Source: Candidatus Saccharimonadota bacterium
Lineage (GTDB): Bacteria > Patescibacteriota > Gracilibacteria > BD1-5 > UBA6164
Length of the DNA stretch: 32,000 bases
Reading direction: 5' to 3'
Assembly: GCA_963677765.1 (NCBI GenBank)
Contig: OY782392.1
Location: forward strand, 90,001-122,000
Numbering within the stretch: position 1 is the stretch's first letter; every line of letters starts with the position of its first letter. Both the position numbers and the translations under genes were made by a program. Below are positions 1-11,781 of this stretch, one piece after another. The notes under the pieces were generated by a model that saw only the letters and a list, made by a program, of their open reading frames with translations, was not told the DNA's origin and ran no database searches.

Positions 1-1
1 G

Positions 2-577
2 CTAGAATCAATGATAGAAAACCCTATCCCTACTAGAGCAGAGGTTACAGATATATTTAATGCAGCAATGCAAAAAGCTGATTGTACAATGCTATCATGA
101 GAAACAGCAGCTTGAAAATACCCTATAGAAGCTGTAAAAACTATGTCTAGAGTCCTAGAATATACTGAAAAACAAATAACATATAAACATGATAAGTACT
201 TCATAAAAGACTTATGAGTTCATGAAGATAAAAAACAACTAATAAAAAATGCTGTTAATACTGCAGAAAATGTTTGAGCAAAAAATATATTAGTTTTTAC
301 TAATTCATGATTTATGGCAAAAACTATATCAGCATTTAGACCAAATTTACATGTATATTCTTTTACATTTAGTGATTTTCTAAGAAAAAAATTGACTATT
401 TTGTTTTGATTAAAAACTTTTTTAATTGAAAATAAATCAAATGAACAAAACTTAGAAGAAGCAATAAAAATACTAAAAGATAAATCATTAATGAAATCAT
501 GAGAAAAAATAGTTACTATATATGGTATAGAGAGAAAATGAAAAATAATACCAAGTATACAAGTAATTGAAATATAA
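2..577 (+). CDS. pyk: pyruvate kinase, C-terminal part (5' end outside window)
   Basis: Read with TGA=Gly, the frame starting at base 2 gives [48 protein letters not shown]... This contains the conserved PK motif MLSGETAxGxYP, and both Gly are TGA codons. The C-terminal domain runs to TAA at 575-577, and a hairpin terminator follows. Confidence 0.9.
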
Positions 578-604
578 AAAAACTAGGATTAAAACCTAGT
601 TTTT
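578..604. terminator. bidirectional intrinsic terminator between pyk and the convergent gene 596-1015
   Basis: Stem aaaaactagg (578-587) pairs with cctagttttt (595-604) around a 7-nt loop. A-run and T-run flanks let it work on both strands. Confidence 0.7.
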
Positions 605-1015
605 TATTTTTGAGAAAATTACTCTATTAATTTTTGGTAAGATATGATCAACTTTTATATCACCTGATATAACACAATTAACTTTTAGAGAAAAAAGTTT
701 ATTTATAATTTTTTCATTTATTATATATAAACTCTCTTGACCATAAGAAACTTTATTATTAATAAACAATATTACAACTACATTATTTACAAGTATATTT
801 TTATAAAAAGTTTCATCTTCTAAACTATCAGCATCAATAATAAAAATATTTAAAGAAGTTATATCTAGTTCCAATAAAGAATATTTTTCAATTTCTAGAT
901 AAGTAACAGCAATGCTAATATAATTTTTCATACTAACAAAGGCACTTTCTACATTTTTTTCAAAATCATGAGATACATTTAAATTATCCCCTATATATAG
1001 ATTTACTTTTAACAT
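596..1015 (-). CDS. hypothetical protein (139 aa)
   Basis: ATG at 1013-1015 (minus) to TAG at 596-598, with no TGA inside. Preceded by a canonical Shine-Dalgarno, aaaaagAGGAGGaattaATG (about 1016-1030). I recognised no family. Confidence 0.7.
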   Translation of the reverse strand: MLKVNLYIGDNLNVSHDFEKNVESAFVSMKNYISIAVTYLEIEKYSLLELDITSLNIFIIDADSLEDETFYKNILVNNVVVILFINNKVSYGQESLYIINEKIINKLFSLKVNCVISGDIKVDHILPKINRVIFSKIKN

Positions 1016-1084
1016 TAATTCCTCCTCTTTTTTTAAAAGTTTATTTATAGTATATATTTTATAAATATAGTCAAGAATAAAAAA

Positions 1085-1103
1085 ATAGACTAAATTAGTC
1101 TAT
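1085..1103. terminator. intrinsic terminator downstream of the RND gene
   Basis: atagacta (1085-1092) pairs with tagtctat (1096-1103), with an A-run upstream and a T-run downstream. The RND stop codon (1095-1097) lies inside the hairpin. Confidence 0.6.
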
Positions 1104-4100
1104 TTTTTTTATTCTATCAGTTTTTTTGTATAAAAACCAACTATAATATAATGATGGGACAACAAACAATGTCATTGTTGATCATGCTATCAATCAAAAT
1201 ACAATTGTAAATCATAATCAAGCCCAAAATTCATCTTGTAAAGCTAATGGTAAAACTCAAAAAACAGTTGTAAGAGTAGTAACTATTATTGGTTGTAATC
1301 TAGATTTTCAAGCAGAGATTACACTATGAATATTATCTATTCCTTTTTCTAAGTTTCTATTAATTCTATCTATTAATATAATAGCATCATTAACAACAAC
1401 TCATGTCATAGCAATAAATCAAATCATAAAAGTAATACTATATGGATTTCAAGTTAAAAATAATCAAATATTAACTCAAATAGTAGCAAGTATTACTGAA
1501 TATAATACTATTAATGGTTGTCTGAAACTATTAAATTGAAATACTAAAATAGAGAATATCAAAAACATTGATATAAACAATGACGCAATTGTAGATTGTA
1601 TTAAATCTGCATTTTCTTGATTTTCTCATCATTTTTCATAAGAAATTCATTCAGGGAAATTATAAGTAGAAGCATACTCATCAACCTTTGGTTGTATATC
1701 TGTAGATAATACTCAAGATTCTAAATCAGCTTCAACTGTAATTGTAATTTTTCAATCATCTCTAGTAATAGAAGTAATTGCCTTTGTAAATTCATAATCT
1801 GCAAAATCTCAAACTCTAAGTTTACCAGACCTAGTATTTATCATCAGATTTGATATTTCATCTGGACTTAATTCGTCTTCAAAGTCAGCAATTTTTAAAA
1901 CTATATCATTATCTTCATATTGAGACTTTATACTTCATGCTTTTAATCAATTTGTATATAAATATACTTCATTTACTATATCAGATGGAGTTAGTCATAA
2001 TTGAGATAATTTATTCTTATTAAATTTAAAAATGAACTGTCCTGGTGATTCACTACTTGTAGTAGTAATATTTTTTAGTCAATCAATAGTTCTAAATTCT
2101 TCTTTGAATATATTTGCTACATTTTTTAATTCATCTACTTTATTTGAATTATTTGCAACAAGTTTTACTCAAATAGCTTTTCAAGAAGGTGGTCAATTAG
2201 AAATAGTTTTTATAGAAACACTTAATCATTCTTCTTCTAGAGAAGATAAATTATTCATTATTTCTTCTTCTACTTCATAAACGTTTCTAAGTCATAATTC
2301 TTTTCTTTCATTTTTATTTAAAAGTTCAACATAAATATCTATTTTATTTCAAGAAACAGACATATTATAAACTTTTAATTCATCATGATAATTTATAGCA
2401 TTATCTATATCATCTAAATACTTAAGCAAACTATCTTCATTAGATCATTCCTTTGTTTCTATACTAGCTTGTATAACTGAATTATCAGTACTTGGAAATA
2501 AAATAAATCATATTTTTGGAGATAGAAAAACAAAAGTAATAACCATAAATACAATTGGAAAAACAATTACTACCCTTCTTATTGAGTTATTAATAACTAT
2601 TTTTTTCAACAAGTTATAATAAGACATAGAAAGTTTTCTAAGCGATTTATCTCTTAAAGATACTTTATCTACATTTTCAATTGTTTTTCATTGTCTTTCA
2701 TAAGATAAAAATTCTTTTTGTTTCTCTGAAAAACTAGCCTCTAATTTTTCATCAACATGATAAACTTTAGATTCACGAGCAAGCTTTATAAATAAGGCTG
2801 AACTTATAGTCAAAGAAAGAAAAAGAGCAGCAACCAAAGTAATAAAAACAGTTATTGGTATATAAGCCAAAAATTTTCACATAACACCAGGTAAAAACAT
2901 CAAAGGTAGAAATACAACCAGAGTTGTTAATGTTCATGAAATAAGAGGTGTTTTAAAATCTCTTATAGCTAATAAAACTGCCGTTTTTTTAGAATATCAC
3001 ATTTTCATTTTTTCACTAGCTCACTCTATAATTACTATAACTGTATCAATAGCAATTCAAAGAGTTAAAACAAGTGAAAAGTTAGTAAGAAAATTAAGAG
3101 TATATCACATATAGTTCAATACTATAAATGTAACAAAAAATGACAATGGGATAAGTATTGAAGCTATTATTGATTCTTTTAATCAAACAAATAATAATAT
3201 TGTAATAAAAACAAGAACTAATGTTTGTATAGCTGTAGTAGATAAATTTTTATAATCTTCTATAATAACTTCTGAAAGATCATTTATATAAAAAATATCT
3301 ATTCATTCTAAGTTATTATCACTTTCTAAAAACTTTTCTAACTCTTCCTTACTTATGTCTGAAACATCAAAAACATTTAGTCATTCATTTTTATTAAATA
3401 ATAATGAAGTGTAGTTTAATCCTGTTTTTCATTTAAATCATAATTTATTTATAGAATCATCTCAGTAGTCTTTTTCTATTGTAGATATATCTCTAAGTAA
3501 AACAGTAGAGTTTCAAGAGCTTTTTATTACAATATCTTTTAATTCTTCTATATTAGAAAGTTCTCAATCAAATCTAAAATCATAATTTAAATCTCATATA
3601 GTAAAATTACCAATAGGGGTATTTTTATTATAACTTCTTATTATATTTGATATATCAGCTATAGATAGAGATAATGTTTCTAATTTATCTTTATCTAATA
3701 AAACATTTATTTTATAATCATTAGCTCAAGAAATACCTCACATTCAACTCATATCAATAGATCATATATCTATTGATGATAATCATGGTATTTTTCATTC
3801 TAAACTACTTTTTATATATTGAGCTTTCTGTATAAGATCAAAATCTGAAAACTTAGAAGAATCTCAATATAGCAATACTTCAAACATCAAATCACTATTT
3901 GTAGACAATTCTGTAACAAGAGGATCTTCTGCATCTTCTGGTAAATCTACTTTATCTACTCAATCTTTTATATCAGTTAATACATCTCTTGTATTAGCTG
4001 TATTTTCAAGCTCAATTGTAATATTTGAAACTCAAACAGAAGAAACTGAATTAATACTTTTAATTCAATCTATGTCATCTATTTCTTTTTCAATCTTTTC

Positions 4101-4331
4101 AGTTATAAGTGAATCCATATCGTTTGGATTCACTCAAGGATATACAGTAGTAATTCATATAATTCAAAACTTTATATCAGGGCTAGATTCCTTAGGTATA
4201 GTTAACATAGAAAATAGACCTGCTACAAAAATCAAAAATATTACAAGATATGAAACTCTATATCTTTTTACCCAAAATCAAAAAAATCATTTTTCTAATT
4301 CTTTTTTTTCTCTTTCTATAGTACTATTCAT
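1095..4331 (-). CDS. RND-family efflux transporter permease (AcrB/HAE-like), 1078 aa
   Basis: The minus frame with TGA=Gly is open from ATG (4329-4331) to TAA (1095-1097).
- N-terminus: MNSTIEREKKELEKGFFGFWVKRYRVSYLVIFLIFVAGLFSMLTIPKESSPDIKFGIIGITTVYPGVNPNDMDSLITEKIE
- Internal: LVLTLGIAIDTVIVIIEGASEKM and LVVFLPLMFLPGVMGKFLAYIPITV
- C-terminus: GLIAGSTMTLFVVPSLYYSWFLYKK
Track ORF 2688-2870 is a fragment of this gene. Confidence 0.93.
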
Positions 4332-6183
4332 CTATTTTATTTTTAATTTTTAAATTAAATTTTTCTTCATCAAAATTATCTACATAATTTGTAATAATCA
4401 TTGTATTTTCATCTATCTCATCAAGAATTTCAACTTTTTCTCAATAAATATCTCAAACTTTTAAATCACTGGTATTAATTGATCAACTAGAATAGTAATT
4501 GATTGTTCAAATTCAAGAATTATTTATTTTTATAGAATCAAGAGATATTAATTTATTATCAAGTTGAATAGGAACCTCTATTTCAATAATATTTCAAATA
4601 TAATTAGCTTGATTAGGTAATTTTACCTTTGCAACATATTTAAGATTTTCATCAGCATTTTGAGCTATAGAATAAATACTTCAAGTATAAGTAGTATTAT
4701 CATTTTTGTAATAAACATCTTTTCATTCATAAACATATGATAATTCATCTTTTGTAAAAGAAATATTTATTTCATTATTTGTCTCACTAAGTATTTTAAA
4801 AGATGGAGTTCAAACTCATAATTCTTGTCATTCATCAATCATTATATCAGATATAATTCATGATATTGGTGAAGTTATATTTAACTTATCAGCTTGCTTA
4901 ATTGCTTGAGAGTATGCTATATTTGCATCTTCAACTCTTATTTCAGCATCTTTTATTGAAGTTTGAGAATCTTTTAATCATATTTCTAAATTTCTCAAAG
5001 TTAAATCTCTACTTTTTTTAGCTTCATCTAAAGTAGCCTCCATATTCTCTATTTCTAAATCTAAAGATCTAACATAAATTCATTTATCTTTTTCTAAATT
5101 TTCTATATTTTTTAGTAATGACTGCTCAGTATTTTGATAAGTTTCTAAGAAACTAGATATATTATTTTCCAATCAAATTAATTGAGTTTTATATCAATTA
5201 TAACTAGCTCTAAAACCAGAAACTTTTGCTTTGAATCAATCTATTTCTGCTTTTGATAAAGATCATGCACTTTCTATAGAATTAGATAATGTTTGATCAA
5301 ATTCTCTTAAAAATTCTATTATCAAATCATAAGAAATATTCAATTCATCTAAATATTTTTGATAATCCGTAGAATCGTTAAACTCAACTTCAAGATCATC
5401 AATATAATCTTTTTTTGATATCAAATTTCTTAATAGATTTTCTGTTTTTATTTTTTGTCAAGAATCTTTTGCTCATAAAAATGTTTCAAAAGAATCATTT
5501 TTATTTTTATTTCATGATGTAACTCAAAGTATTTCATCTGAAAAATAAGTTATATCATATAAGAAATCTCTTAAAACAATAAATTCTTTTTCTATATTTT
5601 TTTCAAAAGTAGTTAATGTTTCGTTATTAGATAATAAAAGATTATTATATTCTATTTCTAATTTTGCTAATGAATTTTCAATTTTTTCTAATTCCAAAGA
5701 AGAACTAGAATCTAGATTTTCTACATTTAAGTTTTTAAGGTTTCTTTCTAAATCAGATATTGATTTATCCAAATTTAACTTTGTTGTTTCAAAATTTATT
5801 TCTAATTTTTCATAGTTATTTTTTGCTACTTCTAATGAATTTTCAGCAGAAGCTAGAGCATTTTTTGATGATGCTACATTTAAATAATAATTAGCTATAT
5901 TATCGTCAAGTGTTGCTAATAATTGTCATTTAACAACATTATCTCATTGTTTAACAAAAATATTATTAACTCTTCAGTTAGCATTTGAATTAAGTGAAAT
6001 ATCTTGACTAGAAGATATTATTCATGTTTTTTTCAAAATAGCTTCATTAGATAATTCATTATATCATATAGTTTCAATAAGAAAATCTTTTTTTTCTTGT
6101 TTTTCTTCTACCAACTCATCAGTTCAACATGAATTAAGTAAAAGCATTCAAAATATAGTAAGTAAAATTATTTTTTTATTCAT
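4324..6183 (-). CDS. efflux periplasmic adaptor / membrane-fusion protein (HlyD-like) lipoprotein with very long coiled coil, 619 aa
   Basis: ATG at 6181-6183 (minus) to TAG at 4324-4326, overlapping the RND start by 8 nt (ATGAATAG). The N-terminus MNKKIILLTIFGMLLLNSCGTDE is a signal peptide with a lipobox-like Cys. The lipoyl-like motif is NGRVNNIFVKQGDNVVKGQLLATLDD. Several hundred residues of heptad-like sequence follow. Track ORF 5524-5772 is an in-frame fragment. Confidence 0.85.
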
Positions 6184-6206
6184 TTTATTATTTATTAAGT
6201 TAAAAA

Positions 6207-6428
6207 TTATTCAATTCTAATTCATTGAGTTTTTGCATGCTCAAAAAGCTTATTAATATCATCATTTTTTATTATAGAGATATGTTTATTTTCAGTAGAA
6301 TAAAGCATAACTACTTCATCTCATGGAGATAAACTTATAGCATCTCTTATATTTTTAGGTATTACTATTTGTCACTTAGAACCTATTGTAGTAGTACCTC
6401 ATAATTTTATAACACAATTATCTTTCAT
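6207..6428 (-). CDS. AbrB/MazE/SpoVT-family DNA-binding protein (73 aa)
   Basis: MKDNCVIKLGGTTTIGSKGQIVIPKNIRDAISLSPGDEVVMLYSTENKHISIIKNDD... matches the looped-hinge-helix signature G-x-IxIPKxIRdxLgLkpGDxV. The stop is 23 nt upstream of the MFP start, so it is probably the first gene of the efflux operon. Confidence 0.8.
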
Positions 6429-6516
6429 TTTTTAAAAAAGTTAGAAAAGTATGAAAAGTAATACAAATATTTTAACATTATAAAATCAAAAATCAAATTT
6501 TTTTATAGTTTTTCTA

Positions 6517-6544
6517 TTGCAAAATAACAAATGAAAATTATAAT
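6517..6544 (+). promoter_or_regulatory. putative sigma70-type promoter for elp3
   Basis: TTGCAA (6517-6522), a 16-nt spacer, then TATAAT (6539-6544). It lies 40 nt upstream of the ATG at 6584. Confidence 0.4.
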
Positions 6545-6583
6545 AAACCCCTATAAGTTATAAAGTAATATAAAAATACTATA

Positions 6584-8308
6584 ATGAGCTGAAATACAAA
6601 GCATACTATTAGAGAAAAAACTCAAGAAAAAATCAAAATAATAGATGAGTTATTAATAGCATGACTTGAATGAATAAAAAAACTATGATCTGAATTCACA
6701 AAAGATAATTTTCATAAAATAAAAAATAAAATTTATTGAAAATATAAGCTTGCAAAACCTATAGCTAGTATAGAGTTAATAGAAAGATATAACGAATTAA
6801 TAGCTACATGAGAATTAGAGGAAGACTTATTATTTAAAAAGATTCTTAGAAAAAGATGAGTTAGAAGTCAATCATGAGTTACAGTTATTTCTCTTCTTAC
6901 AAAATTTTGGTGATGTCCTGGTGAATGTGTATATTGTCCTACTTTTGAATGACTACCAAAATCATATATACCAAATGAACCTGCAGTAATGAGGGCTGAA
7001 TTAAATAAATTTGATCCTATAAAGCAAATACATAATAGATTAAGAGCTTTAGAAGTTACTGGACATAAGATAGAAAAGAATGATGTTAGAATAATTTGAT
7101 GAACTTGGTCTGTATATCCTAAAAAATATCAAGAAGATTTTATTAAATGAATATATGATGCTTTTAATACTTATGATGAAATGAAAGAATTCATAGAAAG
7201 CACTGATTTGTCAACTGATAAATTTGCTAATTTCAAAATAAGAGAAACTTACAAAGCAAAAATAGCTCCAACTTTGGAAGAAGCAAAAAAAAGAAATGAA
7301 AATTCTAGATGTAGAGTAATTTGAGTAGCTATAGAAACAAGGCCTGATTGGATAACTCCAGACGAAATAAAAAGACTTAGATCATACTGAGTTACTAGAG
7401 TTGAGATTTGATATCAAACTACTTTTGATGAAATAAATGAATTAAATAAAAGATGACATTGAAATAAAGAAAGTATAGAAGCAACTAAAATGCTGAAAGA
7501 TGCTTGATTCAAAGTAGTTGCTCATATGATGCCAAATTTATTAGGTTCTACACCTGAAATGGATAAAAAAGCCTTAGCAAGAGTTTTTGATGATCAATCA
7601 TTTAGACCAGATGAATTAAAAATTTACCCTATGGTTGTTACTGATAAATCAGAATTAACAGATATATGGAAAAAATGATGATTCAAAGCCTATGATGATG
7701 AAACATTGATAAACCTTACTGCAGAGTTAGAAGCAATGGTTCCAGAGTATATAAGACTTAACAGAACATATAGAGACATACCAGCAAGTGAAATATTAGA
7801 AGGATCAAAATTAGCTAATCTAAGACAAATAGTCGAAGATAAGCTAAAAAATGAATGAATAAAAATGGTAGATATAAGACATAGAGAAATTAAATTTTGA
7901 AAAAATGATCCTAAAAAAGCTGTATTAAATGATTATAGTTATGAGGCATCTGATTGATATGAACATTTTTTAACTTTTGAAGATCCTGAAGATAGAACTA
8001 TTTTCTCTCTTCTTAGATTAAGACTTGCAAAATGAAATGAAGAAATAAACAAAGCACTACCTGAACTAGAATGAGCTGCATTGATTAGAGAAATACATAC
8101 ATTTGGTGATCAACTAAGTATTTGAGAAAAATGATCAACTTTTTGACAACATCTATGATTTTGAAAAAGATTAATAGCAAAATCTGAAGAACTAGCTATT
8201 GAAGCATGATTCAAAAAAATGGCTGTAATTGCATGAGTTTGAGTTAGAGCATATTATGAAAAAAGATGATATCATTTAGAATGAGAATATATGGTAAAAG
8301 ATTTATAA
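6584..8308 (+). CDS. elp3: Elp3-like radical SAM / GNAT acetyltransferase (tRNA wobble uridine modification enzyme homologue), 574 aa
   Basis: Read with TGA=Gly:
- Radical SAM Cys cluster: RKRGVRSQSGVTVISLLTKFWGCPGECVYCPTFEGLPKSYIPNEPAVMRAE
- RIIGGTWSVYP, CRVIGVAIETRPDWI, LRSYGVTRVEIGYQTTFDEINELNKRGHG, AGFKVVAHMMPNLLGSTPEMD, PEYIRLNRTYRDIPA
- C-terminal GNAT part: REIHTFG...GQHLGFGKRLIAKSEELAIEAGFKKMAVIAGVGVRAYYEKRGY
Stop TAA at 8306-8308. Confidence 0.9.
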
Positions 8309-8327
8309 TTTTTAACTTGTTTGATTA

Positions 8328-8765
8328 ATGAAAAAAGTAGTTAGAACTTTCCTAAAAAATAATGAATGAAAATTTCTTTTTGTAAAACATAAATGAAAAG
8401 ATTATTGGTCTTTACCAGGCTGACATATAGAGTGAAATGAAGATATATACAAAGCTATAAAAAGAGAAATAAAAGAAGAATTAAATCTAAAAATAAAAAT
8501 TCTTTGAAACAAAATATGATTAGATATTGAAAATATAAAAGAACTAGCAACTCCTGTAGCAGTTTACAAAATAGAATTTGAAAATAATAAATGAAAAAAA
8601 CTAAAAAAGCTTGAATATATATTTCTTAGTGAGATAAAATCTTGAGATATAAAAATACAAGAAGAAGAAATTGATGAATACAAATTTTTTAGTGCTGATG
8701 AAGTATTAGAACTAGAAAATACTTTTTTACAAGTAAAAGAAATATTAAAAAAGATAGCTATATAA
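8328..8765 (+). CDS. NUDIX hydrolase (145 aa)
   Basis: The Nudix box GGHIEGNEDIYKAIKREIKEELNL matches GX5EX7REUXEEXGU, and three of its Gly are TGA. ATG at 8328, TAA at 8763-8765. Confidence 0.88.
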
Positions 8766-8781
8766 AATAGCTATCTTTTTT
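8751..8781 (+). terminator. intrinsic terminator after the Nudix gene
   Basis: aagatagcta (8751-8760) pairs with tagctatctt (8768-8777) and is followed by TTTT. The stop codon lies in the loop region. Confidence 0.75.
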
Positions 8782-8844
8782 AATATTAACTATATTTTTA
8801 TAAGTTAATATATATAATAAATTTATTAAAAACTAAATAATAAA

Positions 8845-10467
8845 ATGATAAACAAAATATCAAATATAATTATATCAATAACTATATTAATAATAACAAT
8901 TATTCATTCCAATTTTTTAAACTATTTTTGAATAAATATTAATGTGTTAGTCGATTGAAATTTTCAATTCACAAAATCTATTTTAACTAATATTTTAGTA
9001 TGAATACTAGGAATAATATTTTTTATAAAAAATTATAATAAAAAAATTATAATTCCCTACTATGTATGGATTGTATTATTAATATTTTTTTATTCTATAA
9101 TAAGTAGTGATTTTTTTTATACTAATATATTTTGAAATAATATAAAATGACAATGAATATTATTTTTTATTAGTTTAGTTATATTATTTTTAATATTTAT
9201 AAATAAAAGTAAAAAAGATATAGAAAAAATACTAAAATATATAATAATTTTTTCAACTATTCCCTTTTTAATAGCTATAAAAGAATACTATTACCCTAGT
9301 TTTGATTATTGAAACTTATCAAATAGAGCATTATGAAGTTTTTGACACCCTAACTACTTAGCCCTATATATATTAGCATTAATTCCATTTATTTTAGAAA
9401 AAATAAAAGAAAATAATTTTTATATAATAATATTATTTTTATCAATTTTTACTTTATTATTAACAAAGAGCTTAATAGCTATATTAATTTTTTTTATATA
9501 TTTATTAATAATTTTAAATAAAAAAAATAGTATAAAAAATAAAAAAATAATTTATTTTTTATTTTTTATACTAATATTAGTTTCAATTTATATTTTTTAT
9601 AAATTTTGATTAATAACTAAACTAAATTCTTTTATTTCTAGATTTTATATATGGGAAACAAGTTTTAAAATAATTTTTTCAGATATAAAAAATATTATTT
9701 TTTGAGTTTGAAATGATTCTTTAATATATTTATTTGAAAAATACAAATCAGAGGAATTATATATATTTGAGAATATATGATATTCAGCTGATAGATCTCA
9801 CAATATTTTTATTGATATATTTTATAGTTATTGATTGTTATGATTATCTTTAATATGATTTTTTATTTATAAGTTTAAAAAAAGGTTCAAAAATAATAGT
9901 TACTATATATCAATACTATTAACAATAATATTCCTATTATTTAATATTGCTTGAGTTTCATTTTATTTAATATTTATATTAATTTTAGCTTATATAATAA
10001 ATAAAAAATATAGAAAAAATTATTATAAAATAACTAAAATATTTTTTATATTTTTATCAATTTTAATAATTTATAGTTCTATTAATTACTATATATATGA
10101 GAATAAAATTTACAATAACAAAGATATTAATGAAAAAAGTATATATAAAAAAATATACCTGGAAAATCTTGAAAATAAAATATTTGAAAATGAAAATAAT
10201 ATAGAAAAAATATGTGAAAATTTAATTGATTTTTCTCAAAGTATTGAAACATATTTTTATTGCTGAAATAGTATGTATTATTCAAATAGAGAAAAATCCA
10301 TATATTATTACAATCTATGACTAAATAAACTACCAGATATGTATAATAGTCAATCTGATTATTATAATAACATCTTGATAAAAAATATTTTTAATTATGA
10401 TAGATTTATATCTGAAAAATATTCAAATATTCAAGAGATATTAAATAGAGTAAATAATAACAAATAA
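8845..10467 (+). CDS. O-antigen ligase / Wzy_C-family polytopic membrane protein (540 aa)
   Basis: Multi-span hydrophobic protein. Wzy_C-like motifs are RALGSFGHPNYLALYILALIP and GYSADRSHNIFIDIFYSYGLLGL. It has a soluble, Asn/Tyr-rich C-terminal tail. ATG at 8845, TAA at 10465-10467. Confidence 0.7.
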
Positions 10468-10473
10468 AAAATT

Positions 10474-11739
10474 ATGTTGTTCAATAAAAACAAAATAGAA
10501 TTATCAAAAGAAGAAATAATAAATGCAAAAGATTCGTTTTGAGATTTTATTAATGATACTCCTCTAGAAAAATCACAAAGATTGAGTAAAAAATATCAAG
10601 CAAATATATATTTAAAAAGAGAAGATTTACAAGAAGTAAGAAGCTATAAAATAAGATGAGCTTACAATCTAATAAATTCACTAACTCAAAAAGAAAAAGA
10701 TTCAGGTGTTGTTTGTGCTAGTGCATGAAATCATGCTCAATGAGTTGCTATATCATGCTCAAAACTAAAAATAAAAGGTACTATCTTCATGCCAATTACA
10801 ACTCCTGAACAAAAAGTATATAAAACAAAACAATTTTGATGAAAATATGTAGATGTAGTATTAGTATGAGATACTTTTGATCAAGCATTTAAAGCAAGTA
10901 AAGAATTCGAAAAAGAGAAAAAGGCAACTTTTGTTCATCCTTTTGATGATAGAAGAATTATATGTTGACAAGCAACAATATGACTTGAAATTTTTAACCA
11001 ATTACAAGGCATAGAAGCTGATTATATAATAAGTCCTATTTGATGATGATGAGTAATATCTTGATTAATAAATGCTAAAAATGCATTTAATAAAAAAACA
11101 AAAATAATATGAGTTGAGCCTGAATGAGCTCCATCAATGAAGAAATCATTAGAAAAATGAAAAAATACAACATTAGATAAACTAAATATATTTGTAGATG
11201 GTGCCTCAGTTGCTAGAGTTTGAGAGAATACTTTTAATATTGCAAAAAATGAAAAATTAAGAGTAATGACTTCACCAGAAGACAGAGTATGTTCTACTAT
11301 TCTTGAATATTTAAAAGAAGATTGATTAGTTGTGGAACCTGCTTGAGCTTTATCTACAGATATACTAAAAGACTTGAAAGAAGAAATAAAATGAAAAAAT
11401 ATTATCTTAATAATATCTTGATCTAACTTTGACTTTGAAAGACTACAAGAAGTAAAAGAAAGATCTATGAAATACGAATGATTAAAAAGATATTTCTTAG
11501 TTAGTTTCCCTCAAAGACCATGAGCACTAAAAGAATTTCTTAATTGTTTATGACCAAATGATGATATAGCAAGATTTGAATACCTTAAAAAATCAAATAA
11601 AAATAAAGCACCTGTTTTTATTTGAATAGAGACAGATAAAAAATCTAACTGGTCAAAAATAATAAAAAATATGACGGATTTATGATTTAAACATAGAGAT
11701 GTAACTGATGATGATTTATATTTTGATTTATTAGTTTAA
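10474..11739 (+). CDS. ilvA: threonine ammonia-lyase (threonine dehydratase), short form with one ACT-like regulatory domain, 421 aa
   Basis: YLKREDLQEVRSYKIRGAYN contains the PLP lysine motif. Also present are VVCASAGNHAQGVAISC and ISPIGGGGVISG (a tetra-Gly loop encoded as four TGA). The C-terminal part is RYFLVSFPQRPGALKEFL. TAA at 11737-11739. Confidence 0.9.
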
Positions 11740-11781
11740 TTGTGATAAAATTGATTATAATATTATATTAATAATAAAAAT

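Noticed and set aside
2032-4353. Track ORFs 2032-2280 (+) and 4072-4353 (+).
   Set aside because: Both are antisense to the continuous RND transporter frame (1095-4331, minus). That frame carries clear family motifs, and neither ORF has recognisable features.
6207-6428. The AbrB/MazE-fold gene as the antitoxin of a toxin-antitoxin pair.
   Set aside because: The downstream gene is the efflux adaptor lipoprotein, not a MazF/PemK or other toxin. It is more simply a transcription factor for the efflux operon.
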